A stretch of 62,938 nt of DNA from Candidatus Cloacimonadota bacterium. Lineage in GTDB: Bacteria; Cloacimonadota; Cloacimonadia; Cloacimonadales; WRIO01. Where the stretch lies: contig JAKPKU010000237.1 of the NCBI GenBank assembly GCA_029553545.1, positions 1 to 62,938 of the forward strand, written 5' to 3'. The notes under the pieces were generated by a model. It was not told the origin of the DNA. It was given only the letters and a program-made list of their open reading frames with translations, and did not search any database. Positions 38,918 to 48,888 of this stretch are shown piece after piece; position 1 is the first letter of the stretch; the number at the start of each line of letters is the position of its first letter. A program made the translations under genes and the position numbers.

Positions 38918-40000
38918 CTATAAATAAGCTTTAATTTTTTCTTTAATTTCTTCTGGGGTAAACACTAAACCGCCAACTTTACCCATAAATTCAACTGGAA
39001 CTTTACCATTTACAGCAAGTTTAACATCTTCAACCATTTGTCCTAAGTTCAATTCGAATACAAACACTCTTTTTACATTTCCATGTATAGTTTTTGCAAT
39101 TTCTTTATATGGATAAGGCCATACAGTAATTGGGCGAATTAAACCAATATTGCGACCTTCTGCATTTAGATCATCTATTGCAGATTTCACAATACGCGCT
39201 GCTGTTCCAAATGCAACACAAACAAATTCATTATTATCATTGATGTTATATTCTTCATGTTTTACTTCATTTTTTTCGATTTCTTTATAAATCTGTTCTA
39301 AATTAAGCACATGACGTTCTAATACATTTGGATCTATTTCAAGAGAGTTGATTTCATTATGGTGATGACCTTTTCCGTCTTCATTTGTATGAATACACCA
39401 ATCATAATGCTGTTTACCGAGTTCTTCGATTTCTTTGTCTGTTTTGTATTCTTTAAATTCAACAGGTTCCATCATCTGACCTAAAAGCCCGTCTGATAAA
39501 ATCATCACAGGAACTCTATATTTGTCAGCTAAATCAAAGGAATCTGATGCCATGTCGGCAAATTCCTGTACTGAGCTTGGTGCGAGAACTATTAAGCGAT
39601 AATCACCATGTCCGCCACCTTTGGTTGCTTGAAAATAATCGCCTTGAGCTGGTTGAATATCACCAAGACCTGGACCACCACGTTGAACATTAATGATGAC
39701 TGCTGGGAGTCTTGCACCAGCAAGATAAGAGATACCTTCCATTTTTAAAGATATACCTGGTGATGATGATGAAGTCATGACTCTTTTTCCCATACCTGCT
39801 GCACCGTATACCATATTAATTGCTGCAACTTCGCTTTCAGCTTGCAAGAATGTTCCTTTTACTTTTGGCATCATCTTTGCCATATATTCGATCAACTCGC
39901 TCTGAGGAGTAATTGGGTATGCAAAATACAATCTACATCCTGAACGAATAGCTGCCTCTGCGACTGCTTCATTACCTTTCATTAAAACTTTGTTGCCCAT
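38918..40000 (-). CDS. 2-oxoacid:ferredoxin oxidoreductase alpha subunit (VOR, branched-chain type)
   Basis: KGNEA, YPITP, QAESE, SSSSPG and RGGPGLG motifs. Confidence 0.93.
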   Translation of the reverse strand: MGNKVLMKGNEAVAEAAIRSGCRLYFAYPITPQSELIEYMAKMMPKVKGTFLQAESEVAAINMVYGAAGMGKRVMTSSSSPGISLKMEGISYLAGARLPAVIINVQRGGPGLGDIQPAQGDYFQATKGGGHGDYRLIVLAPSSVQEFADMASDSFDLADKYRVPVMILSDGLLGQMMEPVEFKEYKTDKEIEELGKQHYDWCIHTNEDGKGHHHNEINSLEIDPNVLERHVLNLEQIYKEIEKNEVKHEEYNINDNNEFVCVAFGTAARIVKSAIDDLNAEGRNIGLIRPITVWPYPYKEIAKTIHGNVKRVFVFELNLGQMVEDVKLAVNGKVPVEFMGKVGGLVFTPEEIKEKIKAYL

Positions 40001-40009
40001 CTTTCCTCC

Positions 40010-40213
40010 TTACTTTTGAACTGTTATTGCCACATCGGGGCAAGTTCTGTAACACATTGCACAAGCAATGCATTTCTCTTGGTCAAAACATTCTGCGTAA
40101 TGATAACCTTTTTCATTGATATTCTCAGAAAATCTTATAACTTTCTGAGGACACACACTAATACACAAACCACAGCCTTTGCAGTAGTTAGGATCAACCG
40201 TCATTTTTTGCAT
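40010..40213 (-). CDS. 2[4Fe-4S] ferredoxin, oxidoreductase delta subunit
   Basis: Two CxxCxxCxxxCP motifs. Confidence 0.93.
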   Translation of the reverse strand: MQKMTVDPNYCKGCGLCISVCPQKVIRFSENINEKGYHYAECFDQEKCIACAMCYRTCPDVAITVQK

Positions 40214-40292
40214 ATTGGCTCTCCTTTATTTTTTTGTTGTTTTGTTGATTATATTTCATATTATTATTTGTTCATTTTTTCTTAATACTATA

Positions 40293-41087
40293 TTATAGAT
40301 AGTCATTGATCTCAATTCTCAAGCTATTTGCAGACTTATAAGCAGCTTCTGCAAAGTTTGTTGAGCTATCGGCAAATATTATTGCCCTCGATGAGTTGAT
40401 TAAGAAGCCAGATAAATCAGAATTAATTTTTGCATTAACAGCTACATCCTTTACTGATCCACCTTGTGCCCCAACACCTGGTACAAGGAATAAAGACTCA
40501 GGCATGACTTCTCGTAGAGTTCTTAGCTGCTCAGTCTGAGTTGCGCCAACAACGGCACCTACTTTTGATTTTCCCCATTTATTTATATCTTGAGAAATAG
40601 ATTTGAATAAATCATTTGGTAAAAGATAATCTTTTGCTGAAGGGTTAGAAGTCAAAGCTAAAGAAAATACAAAACGATTCTCTTTTTTAAAAATAGCATT
40701 ATATACATCATTACCCATAAGTGGATTTACAGTAATTGCATCTACTTTCATTTCGTCAAAATAACCATCTGCATAATGCTCCATCGTATTGCCTATATCA
40801 CCGCATTTTACATCTAAAATTATAGGTATATGTGTAGGTATATATTCAATTGTTTTTTCAAGTGCTTCAAGACCTTTTTTCCCAGCAGATAAATAAAATG
40901 CATAGTTTGGTTTATAAGCAGCAACGACACTCTTTGTTGTATCGATTATTTCTTTATTGAAGCGCCATATAGGGTTTGGGTCATTCTTCAGGCAATCTGG
41001 AATTTTATTTATGTCACTATCTAATCCAACACAAACAGAACTATTGTTTGCTTGAATTATGTCTAATGTTTTTTTATAAAAACCCAT
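40293..41087 (-). CDS. pyrF: Orotidine-5'-phosphate decarboxylase (type 2)
   Basis: CVGLD, YKPN, DVKCGDIGNT, PGVGAQGG and NSSR motifs. Confidence 0.95.
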   Translation of the reverse strand: MGFYKKTLDIIQANNSSVCVGLDSDINKIPDCLKNDPNPIWRFNKEIIDTTKSVVAAYKPNYAFYLSAGKKGLEALEKTIEYIPTHIPIILDVKCGDIGNTMEHYADGYFDEMKVDAITVNPLMGNDVYNAIFKKENRFVFSLALTSNPSAKDYLLPNDLFKSISQDINKWGKSKVGAVVGATQTEQLRTLREVMPESLFLVPGVGAQGGSVKDVAVNAKINSDLSGFLINSSRAIIFADSSTNFAEAAYKSANSLRIEINDYL

Positions 41088-41093
41088 ATATCA

Positions 41094-41630
41094 TCACCTT
41101 ACCCAGATTTTAACAGAATCTTCTTCATCTGTTTCTGTAAAACAGACTTTAATAATTTCATCTGATGAAGTGGGTACATTCTTCCCAACATAGTTTGCTT
41201 TAATTGGCAATTCACGATGACCACGATCAATTAGTACACAAAGCTGTATTTCTTTTGGTCGTCCATAGTCCAATAATGCTTCCAAAGCAGCTCTTACTGT
41301 TCTCCCTGTGTATAAAACATCATCACATAAAACTATTCGTGAACCTACAAGTTCAAAGTTGATTGACGAGCTCTTTATAACTGGTTGATGTGCAATTGTG
41401 GTTAAATCATCACGATAAAGAGTAATATCTAATAATCCAACAGGAATGTCTATATTTTCTATGGATTTTAAATAACCTTGCAATCTTTGAGCTATAGGAA
41501 CTCCTCGTGTTCTTATCCCAACTAAATAGAGATTATCCAATCCTTTGTTTTGTTCAATAATTTCATGTGCCATACGTTTTAAAGCTCTATCAATAGCATC
41601 GCTATCCATGATGACACTTTTTAAATTCAT
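41094..41630 (-). CDS. pyrR: PyrR pyrimidine regulator / uracil phosphoribosyltransferase
   Basis: [17 protein letters not shown] and DRGHRELP motifs. Confidence 0.96.
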   Translation of the reverse strand: MNLKSVIMDSDAIDRALKRMAHEIIEQNKGLDNLYLVGIRTRGVPIAQRLQGYLKSIENIDIPVGLLDITLYRDDLTTIAHQPVIKSSSINFELVGSRIVLCDDVLYTGRTVRAALEALLDYGRPKEIQLCVLIDRGHRELPIKANYVGKNVPTSSDEIIKVCFTETDEEDSVKIWVR

Positions 41631-41925
41631 AAATCCTCCCTTGAAAGCATAAGAAGCTTTACTAAATAAAATATAATATTCACACTATATTTAAACAAAT
41701 TAAAACTATAACAATTTTTGTCAAGAAAATTCACATTATATTTGATTGTTTTCTTTAATACTCTCAAAAGTAAATTGACTTTTTGTGATAATATTTATAG
41801 ATATCCATTCGTATTTAGCTATACTTAGTATTTTAAGATTTCTTAATCTCAATGCTTTACGCTGCCAGGATAACAAAAAAAAGAACTTATTATTAATATT
41901 ATTAATTAAATTGTATGTTTAAAAA

Positions 41926-42200
41926 GGCTATTGCATAGTAACCAAAATATCTTATAAAAGAATAAAGCTGAATCATAAATAAAAACAAAGCCCTCTATAT
42001 ATATAGGGCTTATAAAATGGAGTTTTTCGAAAACTATTTTCGCCCAAATCAGCAGATGCCTACTACGAGCGGGTTTAGAGATGATTTTTTTTTCAACAAC
42101 TATCCTTAGTTGACTCAGATCAATTACATTTCTTCCATCTGTTCTCCGTATTTAGTATCGTTCGAGTCTGTAAAGCTGAATTTTGCATTAATGAACAGCC
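41926..42200 (+). mobile_element. MITE-like ~275-bp repeat, copy B
   Basis: Imperfect terminal inverted repeats GGCTATTGCATA and AATGAACAGCC. No ORF. Homologous to copies A and C. Confidence 0.78.
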
Positions 42201-42317
42201 TTAGTAATATAATATATTGTATTATCTTATAGCTTATACTTGACAAATTTTTGCCTTGTATTATTTTGATCAATAATCATCTTAATAAGACAATTGTAAT
42301 GAAAGGAGGCTTTTCAA

Positions 42318-43187
42318 ATGAAAAACCCAATACCTCGGATTGCTGCGATACATGACCTTTCTGGATTAGGTAAAGTATCACTGACTGCGATAATCCCAAT
42401 ACTATCAACGATGGGCGTACAAGTTACTCCTCTTGTAACAGCTGTTTTATCTTCTAATACTGAATATGATGGATTTGAAATGCTTGATTTAACAAAAGAG
42501 ATGAAGCTATTTTTGAACCATTGGAAAAAAGAGAACATTAAATTTGATGCAATTTATAGTGGTTTTTTGGGCTCAGAGCAGCAAATTGATATAGTTAGAG
42601 ATGTCATAGATTATTATCAAAATGATGATTTGCTTGTTGTTGTCGACCCCGTTTTAGGAGATGATGGTAAAGCTTACAAACCCATGACAACTGGATTAAT
42701 AGAGCAAATGAAAGTCTTAATCAGCAAAGCAAATACAATAACTCCAAACCTAACTGAGCTATGTCTTCTCTTGGATATCCCATATATAAACACTCCAGAA
42801 ATAGGACAAATCAAAGATTGGGCTTTTCAATTATCGCAAAAAGGACCTGAGAACGTAGTTATTACAGGAGTACAGAATGATCAAAATCCTCATTTAACAA
42901 GCGTAATTGCATACACAAAAGCTATCAATAAGTTTTGGAGGGTATCGTGTAGTTATTTACCAGCGTCATATCCAGGCACGGGCGATATCTTTACCAGCGT
43001 CTTAATTGGTAGCCTTTTACAAGCTGATTCTTTGCCAATTGCAATTGATCGTGCTGTCCAATTTACCTCGCAAGCGATTCGTAGCACTTTTGCCAGAGAT
43101 AGAAATATCAAAGAGGGTGTTCTGATAGAAAAGGTTCTCGACAGTTTAAAGTCACCAGCAATAATTAGTAGTTATGAGCTTATTTAA
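42318..43187 (+). CDS. pdxK: Pyridoxal/pyridoxamine kinase
   Basis: DLSGLGKVSL, YSGFLG, DPVLGDDG, TPNLTE and GTGD motifs. Confidence 0.92.
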   Translation: MKNPIPRIAAIHDLSGLGKVSLTAIIPILSTMGVQVTPLVTAVLSSNTEYDGFEMLDLTKEMKLFLNHWKKENIKFDAIYSGFLGSEQQIDIVRDVIDYYQNDDLLVVVDPVLGDDGKAYKPMTTGLIEQMKVLISKANTITPNLTELCLLLDIPYINTPEIGQIKDWAFQLSQKGPENVVITGVQNDQNPHLTSVIAYTKAINKFWRVSCSYLPASYPGTGDIFTSVLIGSLLQADSLPIAIDRAVQFTSQAIRSTFARDRNIKEGVLIEKVLDSLKSPAIISSYELI

Positions 43188-43272
43188 CTCTATACAAAAA
43201 AAATCAAATTGTTTATTGACATATTTTAAATATTAATTAAATTGGAATTATGAACAAGAATATGGGGTATAA

Positions 43273-44094
43273 ATGAATATTAATGAACTAATAGTATTAG
43301 CTTACAAAGAAGATATTGGCACAGGCGATCTCACTACACAGTATCTTGATTTACCTAAAAAAGAGTCACTTGCTCATTTAATTGCAAAGGAACAAGGCGT
43401 AATTTGTGGGCTTGATGTTGCAAAGCAGGCTTTTCTTTATATTGATTCATCGACACGTTGGGTTGCATACAAAAAAGACGGTGATTTTGTAGAGAAAGGC
43501 GATATTATAGCCAAAGTAGAAGGTTACTCATGCTCTCTTTTGCAAGCAGAAAGGGTGGCATTGAATTTTTTACAAAGAATGAGCGGTATTGCAACTCTCA
43601 CCCGAAAACATGTAGATCTGATTAAACCCTATAATGCAAAGCTTTTAGACACAAGAAAAACTACCCCACTATTAAGAAGCCTGGAAAAATATGCAGTCCG
43701 CACAGGTGGAGCTTTTAATCATCGTTTTGGTTTATATGATATGATTATGATAAAAGATAATCATATCCTAGCAGCTGGATCTATTACAGAAGCTGTTTCA
43801 AGAATCAAATCAAAGAATACAAGTTATAAAATCGAAGTTGAAGTCAAAAATTTAACTGAGCTTCAAGAGGCCGTTAATAATAATGTTGATCGAGTAATGT
43901 TAGATAATATGTTGCTTGATCAAGTAAGTGAAGCTGTTAATTTATACAAAGGAAAAGTTGAAATGGAAGTATCAGGCAATGTTAAGCTCGATACTATTGA
44001 AGCTATAGCTGCTACAGGAGTTGACTATATTTCAAGTGGTTCATTAACCCATTCTTATCAATCTATGGATATAAGCCTGTTATTTAAGGAGTAA
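43273..44094 (+). CDS. nadC: Quinolinate phosphoribosyltransferase
   Basis: ERVALN, DTRKT, HRFGLYD, KDNH, EVE and LDN motifs. Confidence 0.97.
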   Translation: MNINELIVLAYKEDIGTGDLTTQYLDLPKKESLAHLIAKEQGVICGLDVAKQAFLYIDSSTRWVAYKKDGDFVEKGDIIAKVEGYSCSLLQAERVALNFLQRMSGIATLTRKHVDLIKPYNAKLLDTRKTTPLLRSLEKYAVRTGGAFNHRFGLYDMIMIKDNHILAAGSITEAVSRIKSKNTSYKIEVEVKNLTELQEAVNNNVDRVMLDNMLLDQVSEAVNLYKGKVEMEVSGNVKLDTIEAIAATGVDYISSGSLTHSYQSMDISLLFKE

Positions 44095-44098
44095 TTTT

Positions 44099-44809
44099 AT
44101 GAATAAACAGTTAGAGACTCTCATTAAAATGCAAGAAATCGACGATATTATTGGTCATAAATATGTATTAAAAAATGATTTACCAAACAAATTAAGCGAA
44201 TTAATCAGCGACGTAGATATTTGTGAGGCAGAGCTTTCAAAAATATCAATCGAGCTTGATAATAATGTCAAAAAACAAAAAGATAAAGAGCTTGATGTAA
44301 AAAACCAAAAAGATAGTATCAGAAAGTATGAACAACAACTCGATGGAATCAAAAACAATAAAGAATATAAGGCTCTGAACAGCCAGATATCAACATTAAA
44401 AGATAAGATATTTAATTTTGAGTCAGAACTAATTGCTGTGATGGATGAAGAAACCGCATTAAAAGAAAGAAAAAAGCAAGCAGAAGAGAGCCTTAAATCA
44501 GCCAAAAAGGCATTAAGTGAAAATGAAGATATCCTAAAAAAGGAAATCATAAAAGTCGAAGATGATATTGTTGAGCTAAAAGGCAATCGAAATTCAATTG
44601 CTCATGAAATACCAATGTCTTTGGTAAAAAAATACGCTCAATTAATAAAAAATAAGAATCGCAAAGCAGTTGTATTTCTAAATGGCAACTCATGCGGTGG
44701 ATGTGGTTTTCATATCAGACCGCAATTGCTAATTGAAATAAAACAAAATGACAATGTAAATTATTGCGAGAATTGCGGGCGAATTATTGCCCCAAATGTT
44801 GATAATTAA
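44099..44809 (+). CDS. Coiled-coil protein with C4-type zinc ribbon (DUF164/CT398-like)
   Basis: Long coiled coil followed by CGGC and CENC. Confidence 0.88.
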   Translation: MNKQLETLIKMQEIDDIIGHKYVLKNDLPNKLSELISDVDICEAELSKISIELDNNVKKQKDKELDVKNQKDSIRKYEQQLDGIKNNKEYKALNSQISTLKDKIFNFESELIAVMDEETALKERKKQAEESLKSAKKALSENEDILKKEIIKVEDDIVELKGNRNSIAHEIPMSLVKKYAQLIKNKNRKAVVFLNGNSCGGCGFHIRPQLLIEIKQNDNVNYCENCGRIIAPNVDN

Positions 44810-44824
44810 ATTATTATAGAGTGT

Positions 44825-45219
44825 TAAAGAGAAGACTAAATGTCTGCTCGCAATAGCGAGAGGAAAGTCCGAACACCACAGGACAAGATACTTCCTAACG
44901 GGAAGACGCAGCGATGCGTAACAAGCTCCACAGAAATAAACCGCTTGATACATGCTATCAAGTAAGGGTGAAATGGTAGTGTAAGAGACTACCAGTCATG
45001 TCGGTGACGATATGAGCTCGGAAAGCTTTATCTGGTGCAATACCAAATAGAAGTGATTTTGTTTTATACAAGCAGAATTGTCCGTTTTGCATATCACTTG
45101 GGTAGGTAGCTAAAGTCGTCTCAAATGAGCCATTTGGATAGCGATATACGGCTGAGATGAATAGACATTGTTTTGCCTTTTAAGCAAAATACAGAATTCG
45201 GCTTATGGTCTTCTCTTTA
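44825..45219 (+). ncRNA. rnpB: RNase P RNA, type A
   Basis: GAGGAAAGTCC, AGGGTGAAA and ACAGAATTCGGCTTA conserved blocks. P1 pairs TAAAGAGAAGAC with GTCTTCTCTTTA. Confidence 0.97.
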
Positions 45220-45253
45220 TTATAGCTAAAATTATAGCTTAAAAGCTAAAAAT

Positions 45254-45330
45254 GCCCCCGTAGCTCAGTAGGATAGAGCAATTTCCTCCTAAGAAAAAGG
45301 TCAGCCGTTCGAATCGGCTCGGGGGCGCCA
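45254..45330 (+). tRNA. tRNA-Arg (CCT)
   Basis: Cloverleaf with acceptor GCCCCCG/CGGGGGC, anticodon loop CT-CCT-AA, GTTCGAAT T-loop and encoded CCA. Confidence 0.97.
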
Positions 45331-45363
45331 TCTGATTTACAAATACTAAATATGAGGTAATTA

Positions 45364-46251
45364 ATGACCTATCAAAAAGCAGTACAAGATTTGAAAAAAC
45401 TTGAAGAAAACCCTATTAAAACCATGTATTACAATGAAGTTTTGCTTAGTTGGAGTAAAGTATTAAAAAGTCTAAATGCAGATTATAATATGGAAAACTT
45501 TGAGGCAATGGCAAAAGCCTTAAGTAGCCACCTACAATATTTAAAAAATCCAAAATTTCTCTTTAAGAATAAAGATTTTGAAAACGGTTTTCAAGAATCA
45601 GATCCTGTCTTCAATATATCTTATTTACACGATATAATTAGTTATTTGCTTAAACCTTCTGGTTTATTAAATGAACCATCATTAGAGCTAAATCTACAAT
45701 CGTTTAATTATAATATGCATCTAAAACTGTGTTCTTTTTCAAATATTGTTGCGCACAATCAAATTGAATTTGAATCAAGTGACCCTGTTTTCTCACTATG
45801 TATAAAAATGTTTATGCAATATAAGGCTGTCAGCAAACAGGGATTTAAAAATGACTCCTTTAAATACCCACTCCTTATATTTATGGTTTTTAAAAGCTAT
45901 GGTAAAAAAGAGTATAATCAAGTTGATGTTATCAAACAACAATTATTCAAATGTAATCCAAACGCTTATTTAGGAGTCATTGCGGAGTCTATTGACAAAA
46001 ATGCAGCAAACTATATATTAAACAAAAATACTAATGTTTTTATTCTTAGAAGCGGACATAATTATGATAGCAGGCATCTCCAAAGGGTATTGTTTAATTT
46101 TAGAACTAAAATATATAACTATCTAAATGAGAGGCAAATTGACTTCTCTGAATTTGTCAAAAATGGTTTTTACCAAGAAAATTATACTTCAAGTAATAAA
46201 AACTATAAAAAGAAAAAATTTATAAATAATAATCGGAGGAATGATGGATAA
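45364..46251 (+). CDS. Hypothetical protein, possibly a degenerate Bpu10I-like restriction-endonuclease fold
   Basis: Intact 295-aa ORF with RBS GAGG. The C-terminal pattern (P-LIF..KS, NPNAYLGVIAE, VFILR) recalls Bpu10I-family proteins; the fold call is tentative. Confidence 0.5.
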   Translation: MTYQKAVQDLKKLEENPIKTMYYNEVLLSWSKVLKSLNADYNMENFEAMAKALSSHLQYLKNPKFLFKNKDFENGFQESDPVFNISYLHDIISYLLKPSGLLNEPSLELNLQSFNYNMHLKLCSFSNIVAHNQIEFESSDPVFSLCIKMFMQYKAVSKQGFKNDSFKYPLLIFMVFKSYGKKEYNQVDVIKQQLFKCNPNAYLGVIAESIDKNAANYILNKNTNVFILRSGHNYDSRHLQRVLFNFRTKIYNYLNERQIDFSEFVKNGFYQENYTSSNKNYKKKKFINNNRRNDG

Positions 46252-48247
46252 GATTGCAATTAACGACGCAATGTTTGTGAAACTATCAAGTGATCTACCT
46301 GAGAAAAAAGAGTTTCAAAAAGGCATTAGGCGTGCACCATCTCGTGGATATCACTTAAATGAGCAAGATACGTTAACAGCACTCAAAAACGCATTGAGAT
46401 ATGTGCCACAAGAATTACACAAAACTCTTGCGCCAGAATTTTTAGAAGAGCTTAGGACAATGGGCAGAATTTACGGCTATAGATACCGCCCAAATGGTAG
46501 AATTTATGGTAAACCAATCAATGAATACAAAGGCATCCCACAAGCTCGCGCAATGCAGGTTATGATAGATAACAATCTTGACTTTGATATTGCACTATAC
46601 CCATATGAATTAGTCACCTATGGAGAAACAGGGCAAGTGTGTCAAAATTGGATGCAATATCAATTAATAAAGAAATATCTTGAAGTAATGACAGAAGACC
46701 AAACACTTGTTGTAAACTCTGGTCACCCATTAGGACTATTCCCCTCAAAACCAGATGCACCACGTGTTATCTCTACAAATGGCTTGATAATTGGCAAATG
46801 GGATAATCCAGAAGACTTTAAAAGATTAACTGCTTTAGGCGTTGCAAACTATGGACAGATGACAGCGGGCGGCTGGATGTATATTGGACCTCAAGGCATT
46901 GTTCACGGCACTTATATTACCTTACTAAATGCTGGACGTCAATATTTGAATATTCCTTCTGATAAAGATCTAAAAGGTGTTTATTTCGTATCATCAGGTT
47001 TAGGTGGAATGTCTGGTGCACAATCAAAAGCAGCTGAGATAGCAGGCGGTATCGGAATTATTGCAGAAGTAGATAAAAGTAGAATTGATACACGCCACTC
47101 ACAAGGTTGGGTAAATCTTGTTTCTGATGATTTGTCACAAATTGCACTTTGGATGAAAGAATATAAAGAAAAAAAGACGCCTATATCTATCGCCTATCAT
47201 GGGAATATTGTTAATCTACTCGAGTACTTTGATGAGAATAATATCCATGTCGAACTGATTTCAGATCAAACATCTTGTCATGCTGTTTACGAAGGTGGCT
47301 ACACTCCTGCAGGCACATCTTTCGAAGAAGGTCGCCGCTTAATAAAAGAAGACCAAAACAAATTTAAACAACTTGTTGATGAATCTTTAATCCGTCATTT
47401 TAAAGTGATTAAACGATTAACAGCTAAAGGGTCTTATTTCTGGGATTATGGCAATAGTTTTATGGCTTCTATCTTTGATGCTGGCGAAAAAAGCATTGCA
47501 AAAAATGGCGTCGATACAAATGAAGGCTTTATTTGGCCCTCTTACGTAGAAGATATTATGGGACCTATTTGCTTTGATAATGGTTATGGTCCATTCCGTT
47601 GGGTTTGTTTGAGTGGCAAAGACGAAGATTTGCACAAAACAGATCAAGCAGCAATGAGCTGTATAGACCCCAATAGGTCTCCTCAAGATAGAGATAATTA
47701 CCATTGGATAGCATCAGCTGAGGAGAATAAACTTGTTGTAGGTACTAAAGCAAGAATCCTCTATGCCGACGAAGAAGGTCGTATTAGAATTGCTCTCAAG
47801 TTTAATGAAATGATTAGAAAAGGTGAAATTGGTCCAGTAATACTCGGTAGAGATCACCATGATGTTTCAGGTACAGATTCACCATTTAGAGAAACTTCTA
47901 ATATTTATGACGGCAGTAATCTAACAGCCGATATGGCAACACAATGCTTTGCTGGAAATGTGGCACGTGGCATGACTTTAGTAGTATTATCAAATGGTGG
48001 CGGAGTTGGCATCGGACGTTCAGTCAATGGTGGTAATGGTATTGTGCTTGATGGAAGCAAAAGAATGGACACTATTGTTTCTTCAGGCTTGTCTTGGGAT
48101 GTGATGGGTGGCGTTGCAAGAAGAAATTGGGCACGTAATGAAAACGCTATTAAAACTGTCAGTGAATGGAACATAAAACACCAAGGACTTGGACATATAA
48201 CGATACCATATGATTGCGATCAAGATTATTTAAAAACACTTATATAA
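46241..48247 (+). CDS. hutU: Urocanate hydratase (long form)
   Basis: ELVTYG, GQMTAG, YIGPQGIVHGT, GLGGMSGAQ, DQTSCH and GRDHHD motifs. Confidence 0.97.
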   Translation: MMDKIAINDAMFVKLSSDLPEKKEFQKGIRRAPSRGYHLNEQDTLTALKNALRYVPQELHKTLAPEFLEELRTMGRIYGYRYRPNGRIYGKPINEYKGIPQARAMQVMIDNNLDFDIALYPYELVTYGETGQVCQNWMQYQLIKKYLEVMTEDQTLVVNSGHPLGLFPSKPDAPRVISTNGLIIGKWDNPEDFKRLTALGVANYGQMTAGGWMYIGPQGIVHGTYITLLNAGRQYLNIPSDKDLKGVYFVSSGLGGMSGAQSKAAEIAGGIGIIAEVDKSRIDTRHSQGWVNLVSDDLSQIALWMKEYKEKKTPISIAYHGNIVNLLEYFDENNIHVELISDQTSCHAVYEGGYTPAGTSFEEGRRLIKEDQNKFKQLVDESLIRHFKVIKRLTAKGSYFWDYGNSFMASIFDAGEKSIAKNGVDTNEGFIWPSYVEDIMGPICFDNGYGPFRWVCLSGKDEDLHKTDQAAMSCIDPNRSPQDRDNYHWIASAEENKLVVGTKARILYADEEGRIRIALKFNEMIRKGEIGPVILGRDHHDVSGTDSPFRETSNIYDGSNLTADMATQCFAGNVARGMTLVVLSNGGGVGIGRSVNGGNGIVLDGSKRMDTIVSSGLSWDVMGGVARRNWARNENAIKTVSEWNIKHQGLGHITIPYDCDQDYLKTLI

Positions 48248-48252
48248 ATTAG

Positions 48253-48280
48253 AAAAGCGGGCTTTAAAGCCCGCTTTTTT
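48253..48280. terminator. Bidirectional Rho-independent terminator
   Basis: AAAAGCGGGCTTTAAAGCCCGCTTTTTT between convergent genes. Confidence 0.88.
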
Positions 48281-48888
48281 TATAAATCAGTTACTGTTTC
48301 ACCTTTTTGTTTAATAGGTTCACCTTCTAAAGTAAATTCAACTAATGATACTCCACAGGGCTTAATATTTTTTGACTTTAATTTCCAATATTTACTTATC
48401 ACTGCATAGAGCAATAATGCATGAATTCTCGCTGAATGAGAGACGACCAATATACCTTTTTCTCCAGACATAAAAAAAAGACGATATAAATCTCTAATCT
48501 CTTTTAATTGCTTAATAAATAAAAACGAGTACAAAGACTTAATTACGCACGTTGCAATCCACATATTTGTCGATAGCTTGATCCCTTTTAAAAAGAAAGG
48601 CGGCTTCATAGTTATTTCTTGCAAATTATCTTCATAATAAATTGGACGTTTTGAAATGTTTACTATTTTTGCTGTTTCCTTTGTTCTCTCGAGAGGGCTG
48701 GAAAACACGACACTATATTTACCTTCTAATTCTTTTGCGACATCTTTACACTGCTCGACGCCATTTTCAGTTAACTCTGAATCACCCCAACGGTAAATGC
48801 TTTCAATAAAATCATTATAGCTAATTCTCAATGACCAATCTTCCAGAAGGTGCTCAGCTTCTCCATGTCTTAATATATATATTTTCAT
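48280..48888 (-). CDS. Histidine phosphatase family protein
   Basis: LRHGE, SSPLERTKETA and VVSH motifs. Confidence 0.88.
   Translation of the reverse strand: MKIYILRHGEAEHLLEDWSLRISYNDFIESIYRWGDSELTENGVEQCKDVAKELEGKYSVVFSSPLERTKETAKIVNISKRPIYYEDNLQEITMKPPFFLKGIKLSTNMWIATCVIKSLYSFLFIKQLKEIRDLYRLFFMSGEKGILVVSHSARIHALLLYAVISKYWKLKSKNIKPCGVSLVEFTLEGEPIKQKGETVTDL

Noticed and set aside
41631-41925. PyrR-binding attenuator upstream of pyrR
   Set aside because: No recognisable PyrR binding loop or terminator/antiterminator pair.
45254-45363. tRNA-Arg as an integration site for an island
   Set aside because: I found no duplicated tRNA 3' end and no integrase in the window.
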